From an uncultured Clostridia bacterium (GTDB lineage: Bacteria > Bacillota > Clostridia > Christensenellales > CAG-138), in the NCBI GenBank assembly GCA_947168565.1, contig CAMVMM010000004.1:75857-139856 (forward strand): a stretch of 64,000 nucleotides of DNA. The letters are read 5' to 3'. The translations under genes were made by a program, and so were the position numbers. Positions 1 to 9,645 of the stretch are shown here, piece after piece. Below the pieces are notes generated by a model that was given only the letters and a program-made list of their open reading frames with translations, had not been told where the DNA came from and made no database searches. Numbering within the stretch: the first letter of the stretch is position 1; each line of letters starts with the position of its first letter.

Positions 1-364
1 CGTCTGAAAAGCCGTCAAACATCCTTGCCTCAAGCCCGTCGAACACGACGCGGCAATTCCTGGCGGCAAGGCTGCCCTTTTCGGTGATCTGAAGATTGTT
101 TGCCCTCAGATTGCCCGCGCAGACCTTTTTTATAACGCAGCCCGAAGCCTCCATGCGCTTTATGCTCTGCGCCACGGAGGCGGGGGAAACCTGCATCTCC
201 TCGGCAACCTCGGTCTGCGTGCAGCCGTCGTTTTTCTCAATAAATTCAAGCATCCGCATCTGCGACGGCGGAATCAGCTCGTCCCCAAAGGTGCGCAGAT
301 ACAGCTTTATCAGCAGATCCAGCCTGTGCAGCTTTCTGCCGATCCTCGGCCTGTTTTTTTCCAA
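1..364 (-). CDS. MarR-family winged-helix regulator (runs off the window edge)
   Basis: Not in the ORF track. Manual translation from TTG at 364 after GGAGGG: LEKNRPRIGRKLHRLDLLIKLYLRTFGDELIPPSQMRMLEFIEKNDGCTQTEVAEEMQVSPASVAQSIKRMEASGCV...LQITEKG, a typical MarR wHTH. Confidence 0.85.
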   Translation of the reverse strand, partial: MEKNRPRIGRKLHRLDLLIKLYLRTFGDELIPPSQMRMLEFIEKNDGCTQTEVAEEMQVSPASVAQSIKRMEASGCVIKKVCAGNLRANNLQITEKGSLAARNCRVVFDGLEARMFDGFSD

Positions 365-421
365 TTGCTTACCCTCCCTTCAACAGGCAGCTTTGCAGCG
401 CCGATCGCTCGAACGCCCGAA

Positions 422-466
422 AATCAAGCGTTTAACAATCAAGCGCCTAATAATTAAACGCTTAAC
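422..466. promoter_or_regulatory. three tandem 15-bp imperfect palindromes, probable MarR operator
   Basis: aatcaagcgtttaac / aatcaagcgcctaat / aattaaacgcttaac, lying directly downstream of the marR -10. Confidence 0.65.
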
Positions 467-495
467 ATTCTATTCCCGCGCCGCCGCTTTGTCAA
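467..495 (-). promoter_or_regulatory. sigma-A promoter of marR
   Basis: Minus strand TTGACA-17bp-TAGAAT. Confidence 0.7.
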
Positions 496-611
496 CCGAA
501 TATGCGCTCAACAGGCAAATATATTGAGCCTGAAAGCCCTCTGCCATAATTCCACCAAAAAACGGCTGATAATTTGTTCCTCCTTCTGACATGAAAACCC
601 ATTTAAAAAGA

Positions 612-640
612 TTGACAAAAAGCCGATATTGCAATAAAAT
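612..640 (+). promoter_or_regulatory. sigma-A promoter of the ABC operon
   Basis: TTGACA-17bp-TAAAAT. Confidence 0.7.
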
Positions 641-703
641 ATACGCATGGGAGGATACACAAACTCTATTATTATGATTTAATATGATTTAGGAGGATTT
701 TTT

Positions 704-2410
704 ATGAGAAAATGCAGCAACTGCAATAAGCTTTGCCCGGATTCGGAAAAGTTTTGCCAAACCTGCGGCCTGCCCACCACGGCCGTGGAGGATACCTCCG
801 CGCAGCAGGCGGCTCCCACAAAAAAGAAAAAAACGGGGCTTATCGTCGGCATTATCGGCGCTATAGCGGCGCTTGCCGCAGCCGCGGCGATCATCTTCAT
901 TCCCAAGCGCGGAAAGCTCGACGTTATGCGCCGCTTCTTCGCCGCGCAGGATGAGTTCATCACAAACGAAAAGCTTGCCGAAAAGGGCCTCACGGTGGAC
1001 AGCCTGCTCAGCGGGCAGTACAAGCCGGAGATAAAGAATATCTCCACGGACGCGGAGCTCAAGCTCGATCTCTCCGGCCTCGATCCCAATCTCCTCGATC
1101 TTGGCGAGCTGGGCATTCCCGGAATAGACATCAACGACAAGATCTCCAAGCTCAGCGTGTTTCTTCAGCTTGTGAGCGGTGAAACCGGCTCTCTTACCGG
1201 CATACAGCTCCGCTACAACGGCTCATCGCTGCTCTCCGCCACTCTCGATCAAACCGAAAACGCGGCGGGCGTGTATATTCCGGAGCTTTCCGATAAGCGC
1301 TACGAGCTTTCGCCGGAGCTGCTTGCCAAGCTCATGCAGCAGGGGAATGAGGACGGCTCTCAAAGCGGCGCCTTCGATGTCAAATTCGATAAGGTTGCCG
1401 ATCTGAAGGCAAGCTACGAGGCGCTGAAAAAGGATTATCTTGAAATATTCTACAAGGGCTTTGCCACCGAGGATTTCACCCAGAAGGAGGGCGGCGCAAG
1501 GCTCGAAGGGCTGGGCGACGAGCTCAAGGGCTGCACCGAGATCACCTTCGTTCCCAATGCGGAGCGTTTCCCCGCCATGATAGGCGAGATGGCGGAGCGC
1601 ATCAAAGCCGATAAGGCGCTTTCGGATCATCTGCTTTCGCTCATGCAGCATTACCTCGGCGAATCCGCCATGAAGTCGCTGCTCTCCTCCTGCGCCGGAG
1701 GGGGCAAGCTTGAAAACGGCGAAAGGGGTCTTCTGCCCCTCTTTGAAAAGCTTGCCGAAAAGCTCTCGTCAAGCAAGGAGCAGATCGCCAAGGATATCAC
1801 CGAATCCGGCTTTACCTGGCGCATTCTGACGGTTGGGGATGAAGCCCCCGCCCAGTACATCAAGTGGAACAAGGGCGAGATAGCTGCGGAAAGCTTCGGT
1901 GAAAAGGACTATTTCAATTTCACCGAAAACGGCAAAACCGAGCTGAACGTGGTTTCAAGCCTCAATAAGAACGGCGAAAAGAGCGACGGCAGCATCACCG
2001 TGCTTTTGAACGATAAGGCGGATAAGGTCGTGATAAGCGTTTCCGAGCTGGAGGAAAACAATAAGTCCGGCCTGAACGTTCCCTGCGGCAAATACAGCAT
2101 CGATTTCTCCGGCGTCACCACCGAAAAGGGCTTTGAAAACCTCAAGCTTGAGATGAACGTCGTCAGATCCGCAAGCGGCGGCACCGATCACACGCTCTAT
2201 TTGTACGGCCTTAATAAGCTTGCGGAGGATGCGCCCGAGCGCATCGGCTTCACCCTTCACACCACCGACACGCCCTCCGCGCTGAAGGCGCCCACCGCCG
2301 AAACCGTGAAGGTGCAGAGCGAGGAGCAGCTGAGCGGCATCGTGGAGGAGCTTTCCGAGCCGCTCCAGGAGGTCGTGACCAGGCTGCTGCTGATGCTCGT
2401 CCTCGGCTGA
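704..2410 (+). CDS. zinc-ribbon, single-TM protein with large extracellular domain
   Basis: AGGAGG RBS; CSNC...CQTC zinc ribbon, KKKK followed by a hydrophobic helix; 568 aa. Confidence 0.75.
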   Translation: MRKCSNCNKLCPDSEKFCQTCGLPTTAVEDTSAQQAAPTKKKKTGLIVGIIGAIAALAAAAAIIFIPKRGKLDVMRRFFAAQDEFITNEKLAEKGLTVDSLLSGQYKPEIKNISTDAELKLDLSGLDPNLLDLGELGIPGIDINDKISKLSVFLQLVSGETGSLTGIQLRYNGSSLLSATLDQTENAAGVYIPELSDKRYELSPELLAKLMQQGNEDGSQSGAFDVKFDKVADLKASYEALKKDYLEIFYKGFATEDFTQKEGGARLEGLGDELKGCTEITFVPNAERFPAMIGEMAERIKADKALSDHLLSLMQHYLGESAMKSLLSSCAGGGKLENGERGLLPLFEKLAEKLSSSKEQIAKDITESGFTWRILTVGDEAPAQYIKWNKGEIAAESFGEKDYFNFTENGKTELNVVSSLNKNGEKSDGSITVLLNDKADKVVISVSELEENNKSGLNVPCGKYSIDFSGVTTEKGFENLKLEMNVVRSASGGTDHTLYLYGLNKLAEDAPERIGFTLHTTDTPSALKAPTAETVKVQSEEQLSGIVEELSEPLQEVVTRLLLMLVLG

Positions 2411-2447
2411 CGCTCTTTCTCACAAGGGCCGAACGGATTATGTTTCC

Positions 2448-3077
2448 ATGGATGATCGTGCGCTGATAACGATCGAAAATATCGAAAAGCATTACGGCCC
2501 CGAGCAGGTCTTGGGGCCGATTTCCCTTTCCGTCGGAGCGGGCGAGATAGTCGGCGTGGTGGGGGCGAACGGCGCGGGCAAAAGCACGCTGCTTCGCATA
2601 CTTGCCGGCGCCGAAAGGGCGGATGCGGGCAGCATCAGCTTCAATTTCGCCGCGCGCGGGGAAACGGGCTACGTGCCGCAGGAGCTTGCGCTTTATGAAA
2701 ACCTCACGGGCAGGCAAAACCTCAAATACTGGGCGGCGGCAGCGGGCGTGTTTTCAAAGCGCCGAAGGATAAGGGTGAATTACCTGTTAAAGCTTGTAAA
2801 TTTGGAGGATAAGGCGGATAAGCCCGTTTCGTCCTATTCGGGCGGAATGAAGCGCAGACTCAATCTTGCCTGCGCCCTCGTTGGAAGCGTGAAGCTGCTT
2901 TTGCTCGATGAGCCCACCGTTGGGGCGGACGCCGCCTCCGTGGAGCTGATGCTGAGCACGGTGAAGGAGCTTGCCGAAAAGGGCTGCGCCGTGCTGATAG
3001 TTTCCCATCATTCGGACGAAATAAAAAGGCTCTGCACCCGCACGATAGAGCTGAGAAAGGGCAGGATAGAAAAATGA
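2448..3077 (+). CDS. ABC-2 transporter ATP-binding protein
   Basis: Walker A GANGAGKST, signature YSGGMKRR, Walker B LLLLDEPT, H-loop. Confidence 0.95.
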   Translation: MDDRALITIENIEKHYGPEQVLGPISLSVGAGEIVGVVGANGAGKSTLLRILAGAERADAGSISFNFAARGETGYVPQELALYENLTGRQNLKYWAAAAGVFSKRRRIRVNYLLKLVNLEDKADKPVSSYSGGMKRRLNLACALVGSVKLLLLDEPTVGADAASVELMLSTVKELAEKGCAVLIVSHHSDEIKRLCTRTIELRKGRIEK

Positions 3078-4324
3078 GGAGCCTTCGAGCCGGCATTTAT
3101 AAGGATATCCGCCTTTTTTTGACCGCAAGCGGCATCATCAGCTTTATTCTGCCCGCGCTTATCGCGGCGGCGCTGATGCTTGGGCTGAACGACGCCCAGA
3201 GCGCGAGCACGAGCGTGCGGCGCTTCGATATAGCCGTGTACGATCGGGACGACACGCTGATGTCCCGCTCGCTCGTTTCCCAGCTTCGAAACGTAGAGCT
3301 CATTTCAAACCTTCGCTGCTATACCGAAAAAAGCTTTACAGGTGAATTTGCGGAGCTTCTTGATGAAAACGGCGCGCTGACACCTCGAAGCGGGCTTTTT
3401 TCGGGGGAGCTTTTTAAGGATTGCGCCGTGGTGATGGTGCTTCCCAAGGATTTTTTTTACGATGCGTATTCCGGCAGGGAGGAGATCGTGCGCGTTATTC
3501 TGAATGGCGATATGCCGCTTGAAAGCGCCCTTGCTTCCTCAATGGCGTCCTCCGTTTCAGGCATACTCAAGAGCGAACGCGCCGCGTGGTACGCCGCCTA
3601 TTCCGTGAACGCGGGAGGAGAATTCGATCCCGCGGATTTTGAGCGCTTCTGCGAAAGCTCCGCCGGCACCATACTCGACAATGCGCTCGGCAGGCTGAAC
3701 GTATTCTCCGATCCGAATCTCCGCGCCGAGGTGAGCGCAGGCGTTATCGGGCCGTTCTTTGCCTGCGCCGCGTCCATGCTGATGCTTTTCGTGTCCGTGG
3801 GCGTTTTAAAAACCCTGCCCGACGAACGAAGGCTCGGCCTTTACGACCGCTTCATTTCGCTCGGCGGCAGCCTGCTTCAGCTCGTGCTTTCAAAATTCAT
3901 CACCGCCGCCGTATTCTGCGCGATCGGCACGGTTCCGCTCGGCTTCATTCTTCGTCCGCAGCTTCCCGGCGGCGTTTGGGTGCTGATAGCTGCGTTTATC
4001 GCCTGCTTTTCCATCATGCTTGCCCTCACAAGGCTGACTGCAAACACGGAAAGCTATCTGCTTGCGGGCGGCATCGTTACGGCGTTTTCGCTGCTCTTCG
4101 GCGGCGTTATCTACCCCGAAAAGCTCTTTCCGCCGCCGCTTCGCCATATCTGCAGGCTCACCGTTCCAAAGTATCTGCTTGCGGGGCTTGAAAAGACGGA
4201 GCCCGCCGAATCGCTCGTTCCGCTTGCTGTGATCGCCGCCGCATTTATTGCCGTTTTCGTGCTGATCGAGGCGTTTTCATCCGGCAGAAGCAGGGTCAGA
4301 GCGGAAGGGAGGCGGGGCGCATGA
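3074..4324 (+). CDS. ABC-2 transporter permease
   Basis: TM, then an extracellular loop (IAVYDRDDT...S), then several TMs; ATGA overlap with the ATPase. Confidence 0.88.
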   Translation: MRSLRAGIYKDIRLFLTASGIISFILPALIAAALMLGLNDAQSASTSVRRFDIAVYDRDDTLMSRSLVSQLRNVELISNLRCYTEKSFTGEFAELLDENGALTPRSGLFSGELFKDCAVVMVLPKDFFYDAYSGREEIVRVILNGDMPLESALASSMASSVSGILKSERAAWYAAYSVNAGGEFDPADFERFCESSAGTILDNALGRLNVFSDPNLRAEVSAGVIGPFFACAASMLMLFVSVGVLKTLPDERRLGLYDRFISLGGSLLQLVLSKFITAAVFCAIGTVPLGFILRPQLPGGVWVLIAAFIACFSIMLALTRLTANTESYLLAGGIVTAFSLLFGGVIYPEKLFPPPLRHICRLTVPKYLLAGLEKTEPAESLVPLAVIAAAFIAVFVLIEAFSSGRSRVRAEGRRGA

Positions 4325-5508
4325 GGGAAGCCGTCAAAACCTCTTATAAAACCCTTGCGCTTGCACTTATCAAGCTCCCCGCGATGGCGGGCGGCCATTT
4401 CGCGCTCGCTTTCGCGCTTGCCGCTTCGCTTCTCATGTTCTTTACGGCCCATTTCGCGCTGAACGCAAAAGCGCCCTCGGCGCTTGAGCTTGTGTATGTG
4501 GATAACGATGATACCGACCTTTCAAAGGAGTTTATCTCACTCATAAAATCAGCAAACGGCGCTTCCGTGATGCTTACGCAGTGCGCCGATGCCGAACAAG
4601 CAAAAGCCGTGCTTGAAAGCGGCGGCGCGGAGGGGCTTCTTATCATCCGTCCGGGGCTCGATGAAAGCCTTGCCTCGGGCAGCGCCGCGTTTGAGTACCT
4701 TCCCGCAAGGGGCGCTTCAAGCGCGCAGGCGGCAAGGGAGCTGATAGCGGGGGAGGCGGTGACGCTCGGCAGCAGGCTGAGGGCCGCAGGGTATTTTGAA
4801 GCTCTGAGCGGGCGGGAGCCGACTGCGGATGAGCTGAAAAAGCTTGAAGCCGTCTATTCGGTTCGGCGCTCCGGCGAGGGCTCGTCCGTTGAAAAAACCA
4901 CCGTTTTTGCCGATCCCGCCGCCGCAGGCAAGCCGCGCGAAACGGAGCTTTTCAGCGCGTTTTTCGCAAGGTATTCGGGCTTTGCCTCGTTCGTGATAAT
5001 GCTTGTCCTTCTTATGCTCGGCGCGTTCTGCGGCTCAAGGGATGAAAGGCGCGCGCTTGAGCGCATTAGCGCCTTAAAATTCGGGCGCGTAATGAGCTTT
5101 TTTTCCACCTTTTTCGCGCTGCTGCTTTTCGGCCTGCTGCTGCTCGCCCTTTCGTTCATCCCCTCCGGCACGGGCGGCGCATGGGGCGTCGCTTCGGGAA
5201 GCGCATACGTTTTCTGCGCCTGTGCGCTCTCAATGCTGCTCGGCAGCCTTTCCGGCTCCGCACGCGCGGAGCTTGCCTCTCCCCTTGTGGCGTTTCTGAC
5301 GGCGCTTGCGGGCGGCTGCTTCACCGATCCCACCGCGCTCGGCGGAGGCTTCAAAACCCTTTCGCGCTTCACTCCGCAGGGGCAGTACCTTGCCGCATTG
5401 AACGGCGAAACGGCGTATATCGCCGTGCTTTTCGCCCTCGGCACCGCGCTTCTCATTCTCTCGCGCCTGCTTCCACGGGCGGCAAATCGTGCGTATCATA
5501 CTCACTGA
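4321..5508 (+). CDS. ABC-2 transporter permease
   Basis: YVDNDDTDLS loop, LAGGCF and RFTPQ motifs, multiple TMs; ATGA overlap. Confidence 0.88.
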   Translation: MREAVKTSYKTLALALIKLPAMAGGHFALAFALAASLLMFFTAHFALNAKAPSALELVYVDNDDTDLSKEFISLIKSANGASVMLTQCADAEQAKAVLESGGAEGLLIIRPGLDESLASGSAAFEYLPARGASSAQAARELIAGEAVTLGSRLRAAGYFEALSGREPTADELKKLEAVYSVRRSGEGSSVEKTTVFADPAAAGKPRETELFSAFFARYSGFASFVIMLVLLMLGAFCGSRDERRALERISALKFGRVMSFFSTFFALLLFGLLLLALSFIPSGTGGAWGVASGSAYVFCACALSMLLGSLSGSARAELASPLVAFLTALAGGCFTDPTALGGGFKTLSRFTPQGQYLAALNGETAYIAVLFALGTALLILSRLLPRAANRAYHTH

Positions 5509-6832
5509 TATCCGAGATCAGCCCGCGCTCAAATTCAAAGGCATAGCTTCGGGCAATTCCGCCCTTCACGGCTCCCATGATCGGGAGCCCGTTTTTATTC
5601 CCTCCGTTTTCACCCGCGCTTTCAAAGCTTTCGCCGATTTCACTCGCGCTTTCAACGCTTTTGCCGTTTTCGTACCGGTTGCTTTCATTAGTTTCGAAAT
5701 CGTTTCCCTCGCTTCCGGTTTGCCACGGCGCGATCCTCGCCTCGTCGAAATCACCGAAAAAATCGACTATCGCATTATAGCCAAGCCCCGCCATAAGCGC
5801 GGGCGAGAGCAGCGCCGCCGCCTCAGCCTCCCTTCCAAGCAGCAGGCACTCCAGAAAGGCAAGCGCCTTTTCCTTATCCGTTCCCGGCATTCTTGCAGCG
5901 TGCGTGAAAAAGCCTATCTCGCCGATGCACTCGCTTTCCTCCGGATAGGTGGCGCTTTGCTCAGCAAAAAATTCATCCGAATCGCTCTCCCCAAGGCATT
6001 TCAGCCCCTCCGCGCAAAGCTCATAGCTTCTTTTGCACTGATGGCCAAGCACGGTTCCAAGCTCGTCCGTCACGGTCAAAAGCCCGTCCTCTATAAAGCA
6101 CCGGTCTCCCGAAACCGAGCCGAAGCGCTCAAATGCAAGGGTCAGCACGATAAGCCTTTCGCATTCCTCAAAACAAGGCGCGCTTTCGCTTGATTTGCCG
6201 TTCGCAGCCCCGTTTTGCGCGCTTTCGCCCGATTCGGGCACGGGGCAGCCCTTCACGTGAACTATTATGAACCTTGCAAATCCGGCGTCCAGCAGGCGCA
6301 TCGAGCCGCCGCGCCCGGGGCAGAGCAGATAGCCGCGCTCACGCTCGGCGCTGCGGGAAACAAGCCTCAGCCCGTCGTCGCGGTATAATTCAAGCGTCAC
6401 GCCTTCGCTTTCACCTTCGCCTTTACTCTCACCCTCGCCTTGCCCGCCTGGCTCCGGCTCAACCTCAAGCCGCTGAAGCAGCACGGCCTGCCCCGAAGCG
6501 GGTCTTAACGGATACCGCACGGCAAGCTCAAGCCTGCGCTCTGCACCAATTCTGCCCCAATCGATCTTCCGAACGCCGCATGCGCCGCAGGGCTCCGCTG
6601 CAAGCCCTTCGCCGCCATTGCCCGCGCCCTCCGTATTGCCGATGCGGATGGCGGCACATATCGGCAGCCTGCCGCTTTCATCCACGGGCGTGAGCGTTAT
6701 CACCGCGTCCGCGGCGTCGCCGATTTTCGGCTCGTCGATTCGGAAAACAGTTTTATCCGTCCCCGCCAAAAAGCCGCTTTTCATATATATGGAAACCGCC
6801 GTGCGCTCCTCGCTTGTGATATAAATAAGCAT
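5453..6832 (-). CDS. hypothetical protein with acidic low-complexity insertions
   Basis: 459-aa ORF with GAGAGGG RBS filling the gap; no family recognised. Confidence 0.6.
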   Translation of the reverse strand: MLIYITSEERTAVSIYMKSGFLAGTDKTVFRIDEPKIGDAADAVITLTPVDESGRLPICAAIRIGNTEGAGNGGEGLAAEPCGACGVRKIDWGRIGAERRLELAVRYPLRPASGQAVLLQRLEVEPEPGGQGEGESKGEGESEGVTLELYRDDGLRLVSRSAERERGYLLCPGRGGSMRLLDAGFARFIIVHVKGCPVPESGESAQNGAANGKSSESAPCFEECERLIVLTLAFERFGSVSGDRCFIEDGLLTVTDELGTVLGHQCKRSYELCAEGLKCLGESDSDEFFAEQSATYPEESECIGEIGFFTHAARMPGTDKEKALAFLECLLLGREAEAAALLSPALMAGLGYNAIVDFFGDFDEARIAPWQTGSEGNDFETNESNRYENGKSVESASEIGESFESAGENGGNKNGLPIMGAVKGGIARSYAFEFERGLISDISEYDTHDLPPVEAGARE

Positions 6833-6959
6833 TCCCTCTCCCGAACCGCGCAGGCATCATCCTTGCGCATATCTCAAAGCATCTTCAATATAGATGATAT
6901 TGCTCCCCGCCGCTTTTATGCCGAAGCGGTATCCATGGGGGCTTGCAATGAAGCAAGCG

Positions 6960-7021
6960 CATTATTCTTATCAGTGAACCTTTTCCCCGGCATTATTCAT
7001 ATCAGTGAGCCTTTTCCCCGG
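6960..7021. repeat. 31-bp tandem duplication
   Basis: cattattcttatcagtgaaccttttccccgg / cattattcatatcagtgagccttttccccgg. Confidence 0.85.
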
Positions 7022-7121
7022 CTTTTGATAATTGCATTTTTGCGCCGTCTGTTTTATAATACAAATAGAGCTTATGCTTCGGGAGCATACCCCTCCCGAA
7101 AATGATAAGGAGGTAATCTGC

Positions 7122-8297
7122 GTGAAAAAACGCGCGATAATCATAGTGCTGGACAGCGTCGGCATCGGTGAAATGCCGGATGCCGCCGAATTCTCGGACG
7201 AGGGCTCGCACACCCTCGGAAATATCTACGCGCAGCTCAAGCCGGATCTTCCGAACCTGCTTGCGCTCGGGCTTGGCAATATAGAAAATTCCAAATTGCC
7301 GCCCGTTGAAAGCCCGAAGGCGGCCTACGGCCGAGCGGCGGAAAAAACCCACGCCAAGGATACCACCAGCGGGCATTGGGAGATGGCGGGGCTGCCGATG
7401 GAGGTGCCGTTTAAAACCTATCCGAACGGCTTCCCGCGCTCCGTGATGAACGAATTTGAAATGAAGATCCATAGGGGAACGCTCGGAAACTGCGTTGCTT
7501 CCGGCACGGAGATAATAAACCTGCTTGGCGATGAGCACATGCGCACGGGCAAGCCCATCGTGTATACCTCGGCGGACAGCGTGTTTCAAATCGCCGCCCA
7601 TGAGGCCGTGATACCGCCGGAAAAGCTCTATAATATGTGCCATATCGCAAGGGAGATCCTTCGCGGTGAGCACCTTGTGGGCAGGGTGATCGCCCGCCCG
7701 TTCCGGGGCAGCGACGGCAGGTATAAGCGCACGGAGCGCCGCCGCGATTTCGCCGTGGAGCCTATCGGTGAAACGATACTGGACAGGCTGACGCGGCGCG
7801 GCATGGACGTGGTGGCTATCGGCAAAATAGAGGATATCTTCTGCAATCGCGGCATAACCACCGTGGATCACACCAAGAATAACGAAACCGGCATAGAATC
7901 CACGCTGCGCTTTTTGAAAAGCGGAAAGGGCGATTTTATCTTCACAAACCTTGTGGATTTCGATTCGCTCTACGGGCACAGAAACGACGTGCGCGGCTAT
8001 GCCGATGCGCTGAAATATTTCGACAGAAAGCTGCCGGAGATAATCGACGCGATGAGCGATGCGGATATCCTTATCATCACAGCCGATCACGGGTGCGATC
8101 CCACCACGCCCAGCACGGATCACAGCCGCGAGTATATCCCCGTGCTCGTGTGCGGCAGAAGGGTGCAGCCCGCTGCGCTCGGCACGCTTCCCACCTTTGC
8201 CGATCTCGGCGCAAGCGTTGTGGATTACCTTACGGGCGAAAAAATCGAGCATGGCGAATCCTTTATGCCGAAAATACTGAAAAGCGAAACGGTATAA
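7122..8297 (+). CDS. deoB: phosphopentomutase
   Basis: IVLDSVGIGEMPDA, KDTTSGHWE, YTSADSVFQIAAHE, NLVDFD..YGHRND, ITADHGCDPT; GTG start after AGGAGG. Confidence 0.97.
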   Translation: MKKRAIIIVLDSVGIGEMPDAAEFSDEGSHTLGNIYAQLKPDLPNLLALGLGNIENSKLPPVESPKAAYGRAAEKTHAKDTTSGHWEMAGLPMEVPFKTYPNGFPRSVMNEFEMKIHRGTLGNCVASGTEIINLLGDEHMRTGKPIVYTSADSVFQIAAHEAVIPPEKLYNMCHIAREILRGEHLVGRVIARPFRGSDGRYKRTERRRDFAVEPIGETILDRLTRRGMDVVAIGKIEDIFCNRGITTVDHTKNNETGIESTLRFLKSGKGDFIFTNLVDFDSLYGHRNDVRGYADALKYFDRKLPEIIDAMSDADILIITADHGCDPTTPSTDHSREYIPVLVCGRRVQPAALGTLPTFADLGASVVDYLTGEKIEHGESFMPKILKSETV

Positions 8298-8301
8298 AAA
8301 G

Positions 8302-8368
8302 GGCGCGGTCTTTGCTCCGCTCCCGACCCGCTCTTTGGCGCGGTCTTTGCTCCGCTCCCGACCCGCTC
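8302..8368. repeat. 32-bp direct repeat (period 35) overlapping a terminator-like hairpin
   Basis: ggcgcggtctttgctccgctcccgacccgctc twice (8302, 8337). Confidence 0.85.
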
Positions 8369-8439
8369 ACGGTGCAAAAACGCATATTTTCACCCTTTCC
8401 GTGAATACCCTGTATAAAAAGCGGAAAGGGTGATTTTTT

Positions 8440-9609
8440 TTGTTGAAAAAAGGCATTTATAGAATTATTAGCATGATATGCGCGTTTTTTGCGTTCTGCT
8501 CCTTTGGGGGCGGAGCCTCGCTCGCTCAGGAGGGCGGCATGGCTGCGGTGGATATTCGCTCCGCTCGCTCGGCGCTTTTGATAGACGCTTCAAGCGGCAA
8601 AGCGCTTTTTGAGCGAGATCCTTCAAAAAAGCTGCCCGCCGCCGGGCTTGCAAGGCTTGCGCCGCTGCTCGTGATATGCGAGGCGTTCGATCGGGGCGAT
8701 ATAAGCGGGGAAATGCCCGTGACCGTGGATGAAGCCGCTGCACGAATCGGCGGCACGACCGCCTTTTTGCGCGCCGGCGAAACCATGGACGCTCAAAGCC
8801 TGCTGCTTGCCGCCGTGATGATAAACGCGGGGGATGCCACCCATGCGCTTGCAGCGGCCGCCTGCGGCTCGGATACCGCCGCGATTTCCGCCGTGAACGA
8901 GCGCCTTGCGGGGCTTGGCGTGGACTCGGTTTATACGGATATCTGCGGCGCGGAGCAAAGCTTTTCCGCCCTGGAGCTTGCGGCGATAGCCTCCGCGCTA
9001 ATTAAAAGCCCCACGTATTTAAAATACAGCACGAAATACTACGAGCATATCTCGCACGAATCCGCAGGGGAAACGGAGCTTGCAAGCCCGAATAAGCTTA
9101 TAAAGCAGTATTCCGGCTGCATCGGGGTCGGCACCGGCTCATCCGCTTCGGCGGGATACTGCGGACTGTTCGCGGCAAGGCGCGGCGAAAGCGCGTATAT
9201 AGCGGTGGTGCTTGGCGCCAAAAACGGCGCGGAGCGGTTTGAAACGGGGCGCGAGCTGCTCGATCACGGCTTTTCGGCGTTCAGAAGCGTTCGCGTCAGC
9301 GGCGCGGGCGAGGCTTTCGGCACGGTGAGCGTATCGGGTTCGCTTGTGCGGGAGATAAATGCCGAAGCCGCGGACGATACCTTTCTTCTGCTCAGCATGA
9401 ATAAAAGGGAGTACACGCTTGAGGCGCTGCTGCCGGATTCCCTCTCTGCGCCCGTTGAAAAGGGCGAGCGGATTGGCACCCTCACCGTTCGCGCCAACGA
9501 TGGAGAGGTGCTTGCCGAAACGCCGCTCGTTGCGGATAAAAGCGCCGCAAAGGCCGGCTTTTCGGATTTTTTTAGGATAGCGCTGAACGGCTTTCTGCAT
9601 ATCGGATAG
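8440..9609 (+). CDS. DacF-like D,D-carboxypeptidase (peptidase S11) homologue with degenerate active site
   Basis: Signal peptide, ALLIDASSGKALF, NKLIKQYSG, PBP5_C-like LSAPVEKGERIG; SxxK, SxN and KTG replaced by GLAR, NAG and GTG. Confidence 0.85.
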   Translation: MLKKGIYRIISMICAFFAFCSFGGGASLAQEGGMAAVDIRSARSALLIDASSGKALFERDPSKKLPAAGLARLAPLLVICEAFDRGDISGEMPVTVDEAAARIGGTTAFLRAGETMDAQSLLLAAVMINAGDATHALAAAACGSDTAAISAVNERLAGLGVDSVYTDICGAEQSFSALELAAIASALIKSPTYLKYSTKYYEHISHESAGETELASPNKLIKQYSGCIGVGTGSSASAGYCGLFAARRGESAYIAVVLGAKNGAERFETGRELLDHGFSAFRSVRVSGAGEAFGTVSVSGSLVREINAEAADDTFLLLSMNKREYTLEALLPDSLSAPVEKGERIGTLTVRANDGEVLAETPLVADKSAAKAGFSDFFRIALNGFLHIG

Positions 9610-9616
9610 GTAAAAG

Positions 9617-9645
9617 TTGCATTCAACCGAAAAATGTGGTAAAAT
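9617..9645 (+). promoter_or_regulatory. sigma-A promoter
   Basis: TTGCAT-17bp-TAAAAT with TG extension. Confidence 0.6.

Noticed and set aside
96-527. 143-aa plus-strand ORF containing IKRLT repeats
   Set aside because: Antisense to marR; the repeats are the translated operator array
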